Positions 25,901-35,600 of a stretch of DNA of 39,014 bases are shown one piece after another; the first letter of the stretch is position 1, and every line of letters starts with the position of its first letter. Source of the DNA: a virus (lineage: Duplodnaviria > Caudoviricetes); the IMG/VR virus record IMGVR_UViG_3300020045_016215, positions 1 through 39,014 of that record; one strand, written 5' to 3'. Position numbers and translations under genes: made by a program. A model generated the notes under the pieces. The model was not told the DNA's origin. It was given only the letters and a program-made list of their open reading frames with translations, and searched no databases.

Positions 25901-27701
25901 TTTAAATTATTATCCTGAATTAAATAAATTAAGGGATGGATATTTTTTAAAATATATAAAAAATTATAATATTTGGGATTATATAAGAATTATTAAATAT
26001 TTTGATAATTCATTATTCAAAATGATTAAAGATTGGATTCCTGCCAGAACAAATGCTTCAACAGGAATTATAATAAAACAACATTTATTAGAAAGAAATA
26101 AATATCCTTTACCTCAAACATCAATTTCTACAAGTTTTGCAATAGTAGGACATTCTTCTTCAAGTATATTTAATATACCTTATGGAGATAAAAATATAAT
26201 TTTAACAGGTTCAACAAACCAAACTCCAGGATTATTATATGATCAAAAAATATATACTTCCTCTTTAAGTGATCCTCTAAGATTAGAAACAATAACAAGT
26301 AGTCAGGCAGGTTTATTTCCAAATTTAAATGATCAAACTTCTTCATTAGATTTTATTGTAAATGTTACTCAAAGTTGGATAGGAATAAATCAAACTCCTA
26401 GTGGTGCTTTATCTTTTACCCAAAACACTCAAGAAGAGTTTTATAATGGAGAATTAAGTGGCTCAACAATAACAACAACAACTCAAAGTTTAAATATAAC
26501 TGGTTCATTTGATCCTTTGTATGATTCCATGTTAAATAATGTTTCTGAATCTAACTCTCAATCTTTATTTATGGATGTTGATTATAGAACAAGCCAAATC
26601 CAACCAGTTAATTTTAATGCAATTATAAATAAAACAGCAAGAGGGGCAAATGTTCAAAATTCAAATTACACTCTTTTAAGAAATATTCTTCCAAGATATT
26701 CTGGTTCAAAAGTTCATAGTATAGATTATAATATATATACTCCATCAAGTTCTTTTAATATTTCTGCATCTAAATTTGGATACACTGGTTCTTGGGGGGG
26801 TGATAAATCATTTGGTAAAAATTCAGTAATAGATGTTTATAAATCATTTGGTTTATATTTTAATGGAGGAACAGGTTTATCTCCTGAATTACCAAGGAAA
26901 ACATCTTTTGCAGTATTATTTATGTTTGATGGAGAAGGAAATATATATGACCCATCCTTATCAGGTTCTTATTATGATAATTTTTTATTTAATTTTGGAA
27001 AAGACAATAAAGTAAATGTTACTTTAAAAGATTTATCTTTTGTACTACCTACAACGGTTGCAGCTGTAGTTGGGGAAAAAAACATTCATCACCCTCAATC
27101 AGGTATTGTTTCACCTTTAACAACCCAAACAAGTTCATTATTTATTTCATCTTCAATGACATTTGATAATGGTATTATATCAACTCAAATAAATTTTCCA
27201 TTTTTTACTACAGGTTCAAATTCAAAATCAGTTTTAACAGCATCATCAACTTTATCAAATAATATCCTAATCCCAAATATAACTTCCTCAATAGAATTAC
27301 ATTATCAAACAACAACAGCAGGAAACAGAATAGGATTTAGTACATATCCTGATGTATTAATTCCAGCAGGTTTTAATCAATATGATATAATAAGATTTAA
27401 TTCAGGATTTGTTGATTATAGTCAGGATTATTTAATAATGAGTTCATCAGTTAGTGCAAGTTTAGTAGTTATATTTTTAAATAAAGAAATAACAGGTAGT
27501 ACTACATCCCCAACAGTTAATTTAAATACCTTTACTTCTTTAAGATATTTACCTTCACCTAATAATATTATGTTAGATATAGATAAACCAGCTTTGGCCG
27601 TTACAGGAAAAGGATTTATATTACCTCAGTATCCATCCCCTACATTTAGTAAAAATTTACCAAACATAATAAAAGATTTAACCGAAAAAAATCAAATTTA
27701 A
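22980..27701 (+). CDS. large baseplate/tail protein with LamG-like domain
   Basis: 1573 aa; KKKGT..GLK.LI..YG tail-I/gp7-like motif; FSGSFQEFRYYN LamG-like signature; S/T-rich. Confidence 0.75.
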   Translation: MSNIVTIKKIDPNNFLLQDYTSEDEILIPNFNKELNFNPNEDYLEYFIYDLNNTLLFFNIDGYNNYKLSDNQLIIDPEKDIKLNEFNIGSFYTLYNFLKHKLYSSPTQTFYIEEISSDRTEIRLNTTKINNKDVVESVSILQKEIEDSKGNYKDFYLNFGNNNLIIATNILLDNDNIKDPSVLIKLYEPLPNNFSIKNECWVVEKISESNAYYININEIFDSTSDNINLRGPNFNLNIQDQINNTSDYLSYNTLISTNNSQGSGSLKNQIDSILEEKGIEINIDHTDYENFIFFSSALTRLENFYYKLSLIEEFTYSSSLSSGTSTNYYVSSSNLIYQNKINEIISNFDNYEYFLYYDSGSKAWPKSNSTPPFVNYLTTSTSGSNFLVTQSISASSFDNGNVNALINAIPDYLREDSNNDNYILFVEMIGQHFDNIWIYLKDIPNKFDADNRINYGISKDLITQTLKEFGVKIYQNNFSTNNLYSALLGITPSGSLFNLPFTTGSLPTPTEYEYINNYITSSYSTSSLPSVEDINVGIYKRIYHNLPYLLKKKGTTTGLKTLITLYGVPDTILDINEFGNQSTIDPNKYDYWYNKFNYSFDTPSNSNVTIPWIPLSSSLLYPKAVEFRFKTPGLPTSSIPYSQSLVNFSNNEFNLILEYTGSGNSSGSYSGSIIDLNYQYATLKFYHSSSNSSCSVYLPFYDGDWWSVLINANSGSSNTTYTLYTKNKIYNGDDGYSIGFQASSSFSSSKHWNQGGTGSLYLGSSGSSIINSKTYTKFSGSFQEFRYYNTILSESKFNDYVMNPYSILGNMTSGSQSSFNILSFRASLGSDLYTTRSSSIHPSITGSLPVTQSFSTGNSLFTFTGSYTFQPNKEIIFENSFPTGIKNKVSKRIRNKNLIIPYSSSDNNVPNSNVLSPFLSIQQSIPVSSSYTKNINYIEVGFSPQNEINKDIIEQLGYFNIGEYIGDPRQISQSLNYYPELNKLRDGYFLKYIKNYNIWDYIRIIKYFDNSLFKMIKDWIPARTNASTGIIIKQHLLERNKYPLPQTSISTSFAIVGHSSSSIFNIPYGDKNIILTGSTNQTPGLLYDQKIYTSSLSDPLRLETITSSQAGLFPNLNDQTSSLDFIVNVTQSWIGINQTPSGALSFTQNTQEEFYNGELSGSTITTTTQSLNITGSFDPLYDSMLNNVSESNSQSLFMDVDYRTSQIQPVNFNAIINKTARGANVQNSNYTLLRNILPRYSGSKVHSIDYNIYTPSSSFNISASKFGYTGSWGGDKSFGKNSVIDVYKSFGLYFNGGTGLSPELPRKTSFAVLFMFDGEGNIYDPSLSGSYYDNFLFNFGKDNKVNVTLKDLSFVLPTTVAAVVGEKNIHHPQSGIVSPLTTQTSSLFISSSMTFDNGIISTQINFPFFTTGSNSKSVLTASSTLSNNILIPNITSSIELHYQTTTAGNRIGFSTYPDVLIPAGFNQYDIIRFNSGFVDYSQDYLIMSSSVSASLVVIFLNKEITGSTTSPTVNLNTFTSLRYLPSPNNIMLDIDKPALAVTGKGFILPQYPSPTFSKNLPNIIKDLTEKNQI

Positions 27702-27727
27702 TAATATTTATAATAAAATAAAAATAT

Positions 27728-28381
27728 ATGGCTTATCTTAATAATACCCTTGTTAGTATTGATGCTATTTTAACTTCCAAAGGTCGTGAATTATTAGCAA
27801 GAGGAGATGGTTCCTTTAAAATAACACAATTTGCATTAGCAGATGATGAAATTAATTATCAATTGTATAATACTTCCCACCCATCAGGATCTGCATACTA
27901 TAATGAAGCTATAGTTAATATGCCTTTACTTGAAGCTTTCCCACAAGAAACTCAAGCAATGAAATATAAATTAACTACATTACCACGTGGAACAGCAAAA
28001 TTACCAATTCTAGATTTAGGATACAGTTCAATTATTTTAAAACAAGGAGCATCATTAGCAATAACTCCTCAAACATTAAATTATATTGGAGGAAATACTT
28101 TTGAACAAGATGGATATACAGCAACCATTTCAGATGTAAGATTAATGAGTACATTTGAAGGCGTAGGTATTAACACACCTCAAGCCCAAAACTTAAATTC
28201 AACAAATTCTATAGGAACTATTGTTTCTAAAACGGTAATAGGAACAACAATTAATTTACGTGCAACAACAATTAATACTTTATTTGGAGCAAATACTTCA
28301 CTTTATGCAACATTAACTGTTGTAGGAAGATCAAGTGGAGCTCGTATAACTATACCAATAACAATTACAAAAGTATCATAA
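27728..28381 (+). CDS. virion structural protein
   Basis: DAILT.KGRELLA...ITQFALADDEINY motif. Confidence 0.75.
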   Translation: MAYLNNTLVSIDAILTSKGRELLARGDGSFKITQFALADDEINYQLYNTSHPSGSAYYNEAIVNMPLLEAFPQETQAMKYKLTTLPRGTAKLPILDLGYSSIILKQGASLAITPQTLNYIGGNTFEQDGYTATISDVRLMSTFEGVGINTPQAQNLNSTNSIGTIVSKTVIGTTINLRATTINTLFGANTSLYATLTVVGRSSGARITIPITITKVS

Positions 28382-28394
28382 TTAAAAAACTAAA

Positions 28395-29438
28395 ATGTCA
28401 TATAAAAGATTAGATCCAGAAGATATAGTAATAAGTTCAGATTCAATAACAGCAACTTTATGGTCTGGAGGATTAACAGAATTAACAGGTTCTTCTCCTG
28501 GTTATTTTTTCACTTCATCAACACAAGAAGCAAGTTCTGCAGGAAGTTTTTATTTAAATGTATTCCAAACAGGTTCTACAGCTTCAGGTTCAGCAGTTCA
28601 ATTTGCTATTGCATATGGAAATAAAGTAGGATCAGGTAGTGTTTGGTATAATTCAGCAATTTCAGGTGCTTCTCCAACCAAAACAATTTATGGTCAATAC
28701 CAAAATTTAGTAATTGGAGATGAAAATACAGATTTTATATTTGGTTCCATAACTGCTTCAGAATTTTGGGCTTTATCTATTGATAGAACCAGATATAAAG
28801 AAAAATTATTCCCAGGATCTCTAACTTTAAGAATTTCTGGAGGTTTAGGAGTAACAACATTAACTGATAATAGTCAATATACAACAACATTACAATTTAA
28901 CGAAGCTGGAAGAGTATTTCAATTAATAAGTGGATCAGCTGGTGTAAGAACTTCAAACACACAATCTTTAACATCAAATGGTTACAGTGCAAATTCAGGA
29001 TCTTATGGTTGGTTTTTACCAGATATAGGAACTATAATTTTAAATCCATTAGCTTTAAGAGATGTTCAAATAAGTGGAGGTGTAGGATTATTTTCATCTA
29101 CAGGTTCTAATACAAATGCAAATAATAATAGAATATTATATAATGCAATAAGTGCAAGTGGAAAATTTGGATTAAATAGTGAAGAAACAATTACATCACA
29201 ATATGTTTTTGTAAGAGCAAGAAATGCAGAATTTAATTATTCTGAAAATCCAAGTTTTATTTCAGGTTCAACTGGAGAAGTATTATATGATGATTTTATT
29301 AATAATCCTCAAGTATTTATTACAACTGTTGGTTTATATAATGATAATAATGAATTGTTAGCTGTATCTAAATTATCAAGACCTCTTACTAAAGATTTTT
29401 CAAAAGAAGGATTATTAAGAATTAAATTAGATTACTAA
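28395..29438 (+). CDS. virion structural protein (tail collar/baseplate-like)
   Basis: C-terminal ITTVGLYNDNNELLAVSKL. Confidence 0.75.
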   Translation: MSYKRLDPEDIVISSDSITATLWSGGLTELTGSSPGYFFTSSTQEASSAGSFYLNVFQTGSTASGSAVQFAIAYGNKVGSGSVWYNSAISGASPTKTIYGQYQNLVIGDENTDFIFGSITASEFWALSIDRTRYKEKLFPGSLTLRISGGLGVTTLTDNSQYTTTLQFNEAGRVFQLISGSAGVRTSNTQSLTSNGYSANSGSYGWFLPDIGTIILNPLALRDVQISGGVGLFSSTGSNTNANNNRILYNAISASGKFGLNSEETITSQYVFVRARNAEFNYSENPSFISGSTGEVLYDDFINNPQVFITTVGLYNDNNELLAVSKLSRPLTKDFSKEGLLRIKLDY

Positions 29439-29446
29439 AAATTCCA

Positions 29447-30415
29447 TTGAGTGTATTTAAAAACTTTCAATCATCTGATATAATAGTTTCCCCATTAGAG
29501 GTAAATAAGGCATTTTCATTTATAGGAGCTAATAATTTAACATCTTCAGATGTTGGTATAGATAGGTTTTTAGGCCAAAATATAACTGAATCTCTATTTA
29601 CATTAAATGATCCTACAACAGGCCAAGTTTCTTCACAATACCAAAGATTAATATATAATTCAGTTAAACAATTATATTATTCAAATTATTTAACTTCTAG
29701 TTATGGTGATCCTATAAATACAGCAAGTATATTTCCTGGTAGAGATATTGAAGGAAATAAATTAGTAGGATATCAAAATAATAGTTTATATGAAAATTAT
29801 TTACAATCAGATATAACATTTCAACGTTCATTTCATACTGCTTCAGATTCTATTTTAGGTGTAATATCAATACCCTCTAAATTATATGGAACACAAATTA
29901 AACCAAAATCATTCATAATCTCTTCAGATAGTGGAAGTATTTCAGATGATGGAGAAGGAAATTTAATTTTAGCTTCAAACTCAAGTATAATTGGAAATAT
30001 TATTTATTCTCATGGGTTAGCAATTATAAATGGAGGTCTTGCTGGAGGTTATGGAGCCGCAATATATGGTATTTCGCTTTACGGAGGAATATCTATAAAT
30101 TCTTTTATTACAAATTTTATTACATCATCTAATATTACTTGTTCCTTTTCAAGTAGTTTTAATATATATGAAACACAATATAAATGTACTATAAGAGAAA
30201 ATGAATTTAATATGTCATTAAACCCCAGTATAATATCTGGAAGTAATGATGGAACTATTTACAATTTTGTTACTGGATCAAATTTCCATCCCCACATAAC
30301 ATCAGTTGGATTATATAATGATGACCAGGAGTTATTAGCCATTGCTAAATTATCATCCCCATTACCAGTTTCTCCTACAACAGATACAAATATAATAATA
30401 TCATTAGACAGATAA
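29447..30415 (+). CDS. virion structural protein, paralog of 28395-29438
   Basis: EFN.S.NPS and ITSVGLYNDDQELLAIAKL; TTG start. Confidence 0.75.
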   Translation: MSVFKNFQSSDIIVSPLEVNKAFSFIGANNLTSSDVGIDRFLGQNITESLFTLNDPTTGQVSSQYQRLIYNSVKQLYYSNYLTSSYGDPINTASIFPGRDIEGNKLVGYQNNSLYENYLQSDITFQRSFHTASDSILGVISIPSKLYGTQIKPKSFIISSDSGSISDDGEGNLILASNSSIIGNIIYSHGLAIINGGLAGGYGAAIYGISLYGGISINSFITNFITSSNITCSFSSSFNIYETQYKCTIRENEFNMSLNPSIISGSNDGTIYNFVTGSNFHPHITSVGLYNDDQELLAIAKLSSPLPVSPTTDTNIIISLDR

Positions 30416-30419
30416 AAAT

Positions 30420-30863
30420 ATGTGGATTTATAAAACAAAACAAATAACAAATATATCTGAACTTCCAATTAATACTTTTGGATTTGTTTATTTAATAAAA
30501 AACCTCCAATCAGGAGAATATTATATTGGTAAAAAACAATTAATATCTCGAGTTAATAAAAAATTAGGTAAAAAAGAGATTGCAAATTTACCAATTCAAA
30601 GAGGAAGAAAACAAACAAAAAGATTAATTGAAACAGAATCAAATTGGCTTGAATATTGGTCAAGTTCTAAAATATTACAAGAACAAGTAAAAAAACAAGG
30701 ACCAGATAATTTTTCAAGAGAAATATTAGAATTTGCTCATAGTAGTAAACATTTAACTTTTTTAGAAGTAAAGCATCAAATTATAAATAGAGTATTAGAA
30801 GATAAATTATCATTAAATGATTCAATTCTAGGAAGATATTTTAAAAAAGATTTAGAGTTTTAA
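30420..30863 (+). CDS. GIY-YIG nuclease (T4 endonuclease II/Seg-like)
   Basis: FGFVYLIKN...YYIGKK; ESNW..Y.SS; F.REIL; E..Q. Confidence 0.82.
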   Translation: MWIYKTKQITNISELPINTFGFVYLIKNLQSGEYYIGKKQLISRVNKKLGKKEIANLPIQRGRKQTKRLIETESNWLEYWSSSKILQEQVKKQGPDNFSREILEFAHSSKHLTFLEVKHQIINRVLEDKLSLNDSILGRYFKKDLEF

Positions 30864-30864
30864 A

Positions 30865-30896
30865 TTAGGAGTCTAAAAATAAAAACATTATATTGT
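30865..30896 (+). promoter_or_regulatory. Promoter variant TTAGG-N19-TATATTGT
   Basis: Intergenic; same spacing. Confidence 0.55.
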
Positions 30897-30906
30897 TCCA
30901 TATATA

Positions 30907-31857
30907 ATGGTTAATCAAATCTTATTAGAAGAAATTCAATCAATATTAGGTAAAGGGATAAAAACTGCAAGAGGAAATTATAAATTTAACTGTTTTAAAA
31001 TACACAAAAATGGATTACATGATACAACTCATAAACTTGAAATTTGTTTAGACCCTACTTTACCTCATTATCAGCATTCCCATTGTTGGAGTTGTGATTT
31101 AAGATCAAAAAAATTAATATCTCTAATAAAACCATTAAATATAAATCCAGATAAAATACAGCAATTAAAATTAATACTTTCAGATGAAAATACAAATGAT
31201 TCAAATATACAAAATATATCTATTAATTCAATATCACTTCCAACAGAATATATTTCCCTTATTAAAGATTCTAATAGCGTTCTAAGAAAACATGCTATGT
31301 TTTTTTTAAAAAATAGAAATATAACAGAAAATGATATAATAAAATATAATATAGGTTATTGTGAGGAAGGTAAATATAAAAACAGAATTATTATACCTTC
31401 ATATGATAATATGGGTGAATTAAATTATTTTATAGCTCGTAGTTTCAATGATGAAAATGAAAGATATAAAAACCCACAAATATCAAGAAACATAATTCCT
31501 TTTGAATTTTTTATTAATTGGAATTTACCTATAATAATAGTAGAAGGTGCTTTTGATATGATTGCTCTTAAAAGAAATACTATTCCTTTATTAGGTAAAA
31601 ATATTCAAGATGGATTAATGAAAAAAATAATTCAATCTAATGTTAATAGAATATATATTTGTCTTGATAAAGAATTAATAAAAAAATCACTTAAATATTG
31701 TGAAGAATTAATAAATGAGGGTAAAAAAGTATATTTAGTTGAATTAAATGAAAAAGATCCAAGTCAGATTGGGTTTTTAAAAATGACAAATATTTTACAA
31801 ACAACAACATCATTAACATTTTCAAAATTATTAGAAAAAAAATTTCAATATGGCTAA
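30907..31857 (+). CDS. DNA primase (DnaG-like, Zn-binding + TOPRIM)
   Basis: HCWSC; RIIIP; RYKNP; VEGAFD; KDPS. Confidence 0.88.
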   Translation: MVNQILLEEIQSILGKGIKTARGNYKFNCFKIHKNGLHDTTHKLEICLDPTLPHYQHSHCWSCDLRSKKLISLIKPLNINPDKIQQLKLILSDENTNDSNIQNISINSISLPTEYISLIKDSNSVLRKHAMFFLKNRNITENDIIKYNIGYCEEGKYKNRIIIPSYDNMGELNYFIARSFNDENERYKNPQISRNIIPFEFFINWNLPIIIVEGAFDMIALKRNTIPLLGKNIQDGLMKKIIQSNVNRIYICLDKELIKKSLKYCEELINEGKKVYLVELNEKDPSQIGFLKMTNILQTTTSLTFSKLLEKKFQYG

Positions 31858-32623
31858 AAGAAATATTAAATATTCATACAACAGAATATTAGAAATATCA
31901 GAAGACTTCAAGAAAGTAACCTTGCCTGATTCTCGTTATTACCTTCGTAATGGAGAATATTATCCAAGTGTAACTTATGTTTTAAATTGGTATCCAAAAG
32001 GAATTCATTATGAAAAATGGTTAAAACAAGTAGGATTTGCCTCAGAATATATTGTAAAAAAAGCCCAAGAAGATGGAACGGAAGTACATGAATTGGTAGA
32101 ATTATATTTAAATGGGGAAGAATTACATTTTTTAAGTCCAAAAGGTATCCCTCAACATGATCCTGAAGTATGGCAAATGTTTTTGAGATTTGTTGATTTT
32201 TGGGAAGAATATAACCCAAAATTAATTGAAACCGAAGTCCATTTATTTTCAGATGTACTTAAAATAGCTGGAACTTGTGATTTAATTTGTGAAATTAATA
32301 ATGAATTATGGGTTATAGATTTAAAAACGGGTAATCAATTACACTTAACAAATGAATTACAAGCCGCTGTTTATTCTCAATGTTATAAGGAATGTTATGG
32401 AAAAGAAGTTCATAGAAAAGGATTATTATGGTTAAAATCATCTACAAGAAAGTTTTCCAAAGGTAAAATACAAGGAAAAGGATGGCAAATGATTGAATCT
32501 TCAAGATCCCAAGATGAAAATATAGAAATTTTCAAAACAGTAAGAAAATTATTTGATTTAGAAAATCCATTATCAGCCCCAATATTTAAATCTTTCCGAA
32601 CTATAGTGAAAAGAGATTTATAA
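31850..32623 (+). CDS. PD-(D/E)XK exonuclease
   Basis: YPSVT; GTEVH; AGTCD; IDLKT; QAAVY. Confidence 0.88.
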   Translation: MAKRNIKYSYNRILEISEDFKKVTLPDSRYYLRNGEYYPSVTYVLNWYPKGIHYEKWLKQVGFASEYIVKKAQEDGTEVHELVELYLNGEELHFLSPKGIPQHDPEVWQMFLRFVDFWEEYNPKLIETEVHLFSDVLKIAGTCDLICEINNELWVIDLKTGNQLHLTNELQAAVYSQCYKECYGKEVHRKGLLWLKSSTRKFSKGKIQGKGWQMIESSRSQDENIEIFKTVRKLFDLENPLSAPIFKSFRTIVKRDL

Positions 32624-32647
32624 TATTTATAACAATAATAATATAAA

Positions 32648-35600
32648 TTGGATAATTTAAATCAAATATTAAATGAAGGGGGAAATGTGTTTGGTAATAC
32701 TTCTTCAATTAAAAAAGAGCACATACAACCCACTCTTAATGCATTTGTTAAAGAATTAAAAAAATTATATCCAAAAGTAGATTTTAAGTTTGATCCTTTA
32801 GGTTCTGTTGGTAAAAAAGATATATCTGGAGATATTGATTTAGGTATGAGTGTTGAATCCTTTTTAACTAAAGAAGGAGAACCATTATTAAATAATTGGA
32901 ATGTTAAAGATACTGAATTTGACCCTTTATATGATTCAATAAAACAAAGATCAAGAACATCTACTGATGTTCAAAATAAAACAAAAGCATTTCTTGAAAT
33001 AATATCAAAGGATATAGATTCTAAATCAACTTTGATAGACACAAACCCAAAATCATCAGGTTTTGGGATCTTATTTTGTGTATTTCCCCAATATGATGAA
33101 AATGGAGAACAAACAGATAAAACTGTTCAAATAGATATTAATATTGGTCATTTAGATTGGTTAAATTTTAGTTATGGCAATCGTGCTTATACAGAACATA
33201 ATATAAAAGGATTACATAGAGGTCAATTGGTTTTGGCTATGTTTAATGTTTTGGGATTAGTTTTTAATCACAATAAAGGAGTAAAAGATAAATCAACAGG
33301 AAAATTTATAACAACAGATCCAAAAGAGGCAATTGATGTTTTAAATGAAAAATTTAAAATTAATCTTACAAGAGATATAATAGATGATTATTTTAAATTA
33401 AGTAATTATTTAATTGAGAATCTTGATAAAGAAACATTAAATAAACTTTTAGATGTTTATCTAACAATTATAGATAAATCAGCTCCAAAGGCAGATGTTC
33501 CCCCCAATTTACAAGATTATTGGAAAAAAAATAAAGAACGTCTTGGATTAACAGGAAAATATTTACCTGATGATTCTAAATTAAAATTAAAAGAATCAAA
33601 ACCACTAACAGGTTTTACAAAATATTTAGTAGAATCATTTTTAAAAGAAGCTAATAAAAAAGAATCAATAGCTATGATTCCTGGTGGAATGAAACCACCC
33701 ACAATTAATCATTTTTATATTGTAAATGAAATTTCAAAAAGACCTGAAATAGATAAAGTATTAATATTTATAGGTTCTAAGGATAGAGATGGGATTACGG
33801 CTCAAAATAGTTTGGATATATGGAATATTTACAAAAAACATTTAAATAATAAAGTTATATTTAAAATATCTACTATATCCCCAGTAAGAGAAATTTATGA
33901 GTATTTAGAAGGAAATCCTGAAAATTTTTATTTTTTAGTGTTTGGTAGAGAAGAAGATAGTGGAAGATTTAAACAAGCAGAAGAAAAATATGATAATATA
34001 AAAATAATTAACTTCCCAGATTTAGGTAAGGATAATTCTATAAGTGGAACTAAAGCAAGACAAGAAATTATAAATAATAATTTTGATGCTTTCCAAAAAT
34101 TCATGCCTGTAGAATTAAATAATGATGAAAGAAAACAAGTATGGAATATTGTTTCTAAAACAAAAATAACAGAAATAATACCAGGGGGTTTATCTCAAAA
34201 TAAAACTTTAAAAGATATATCAAAACATCACAATACTCCATTATCAAATTTATTAATCCAACTTACAAAAGGAATTAATGTAGAATTAGAACATACTACG
34301 GACAAAGAAATTGCAAAAGAAATTGCTATGGATCATTTATGGGAAGATCCAATTTATTATGATAAATTATCTAATATAGAAAATGATACAATAAATGAAG
34401 GGGCTTATGATACAATTACAAATAAAGTATCATCTGAAATGTTTAATTTTTGGAAAAAAGAATTTGAAAATAACCCAAGCAATAAAAAAATTATATTTGA
34501 AAAATATTATGAATTACAAAATTCTAAAGGTCATTTAATAAATTTTCAATGTTTTGGTAACTTTATTTTAAGTAAAAAACAACCATTTACTCAAATGGAT
34601 GGTCTTTATGAAGATGAAGGACCTATGATAACCATCAATTGTTGGATAAATCCTAAAAACTTACCCGAAGAATGGTATGATATTTCAATGGAAATAAAAA
34701 GCACTATAAGGCATGAAATTGAACATTTAACACAATTTACTCATAGTACTATTCCTAATAAAAAAATGGAAGATGATACAAAAACTCGCAATAGATCAAT
34801 TAAAAAATCAGGCGAAGTTAAAAAATCATATTTTAAACTTAATACTGAAGTAGATGCTTTTTTACAAGGTTTATATTTAAAATCTAAAAAATCAAAAACA
34901 CCATTTAAAGAACTTGTATATGATACTTTAAAATCTTATAATTTAAAAGATAAACAAATTCAAAATATTCTTAAAAAATGGCAAAAAAGAATTCCTGCAT
35001 TAAGTTTACCTTCTCTTTATGAGTCTGAAGAAATTAAAGAATACAAAAACAAAACTGAATTAAATCCCCAAGTATGGGAAAATGGACAAATTAAGCCAAA
35101 ATTAAGAGAAGCATTATTAAAAATAGCTAATGTTTTTTATGATAGTTTAGAAACACAAATACCATTAGAAGATATATTATTAATTGGTAGTTCAGCAAAT
35201 TACAATTGGACTGAATTTAGTGATATAGATTTACATCTTTTATTAAATTATGGGGAACAAGAAGATCCTGAATTATTAAAAAATTATTTTAATTCTAAAA
35301 AAGTTGAGTTTAATACAAAATATCAATTAGAATATAAAGAACACCCAGTTGAAGTTTATGTTCAAGATACAAATGAACCAAATGCTGCTCAAGGTATTTA
35401 TTCAATATTAAATAATACTTGGTTAAAAGAACCTCCTAAAGAATCTGTTGAAGTTTCTGATGAAGAAATTAATAAAAAAACACAACCAATAATAGATAAA
35501 ATTAATAATTTTAACGAAAATACAACTGTTGAACAAATTAAACAATTAAGAGAAAGAATTGCTCAATTAAGAAAAAATGGATTAGAAGCAGAAGGAGAAT

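Noticed and set aside
31850-32623. Cas4 as part of a CRISPR system
   Set aside because: No four-Cys Fe-S motif; replication context next to primase
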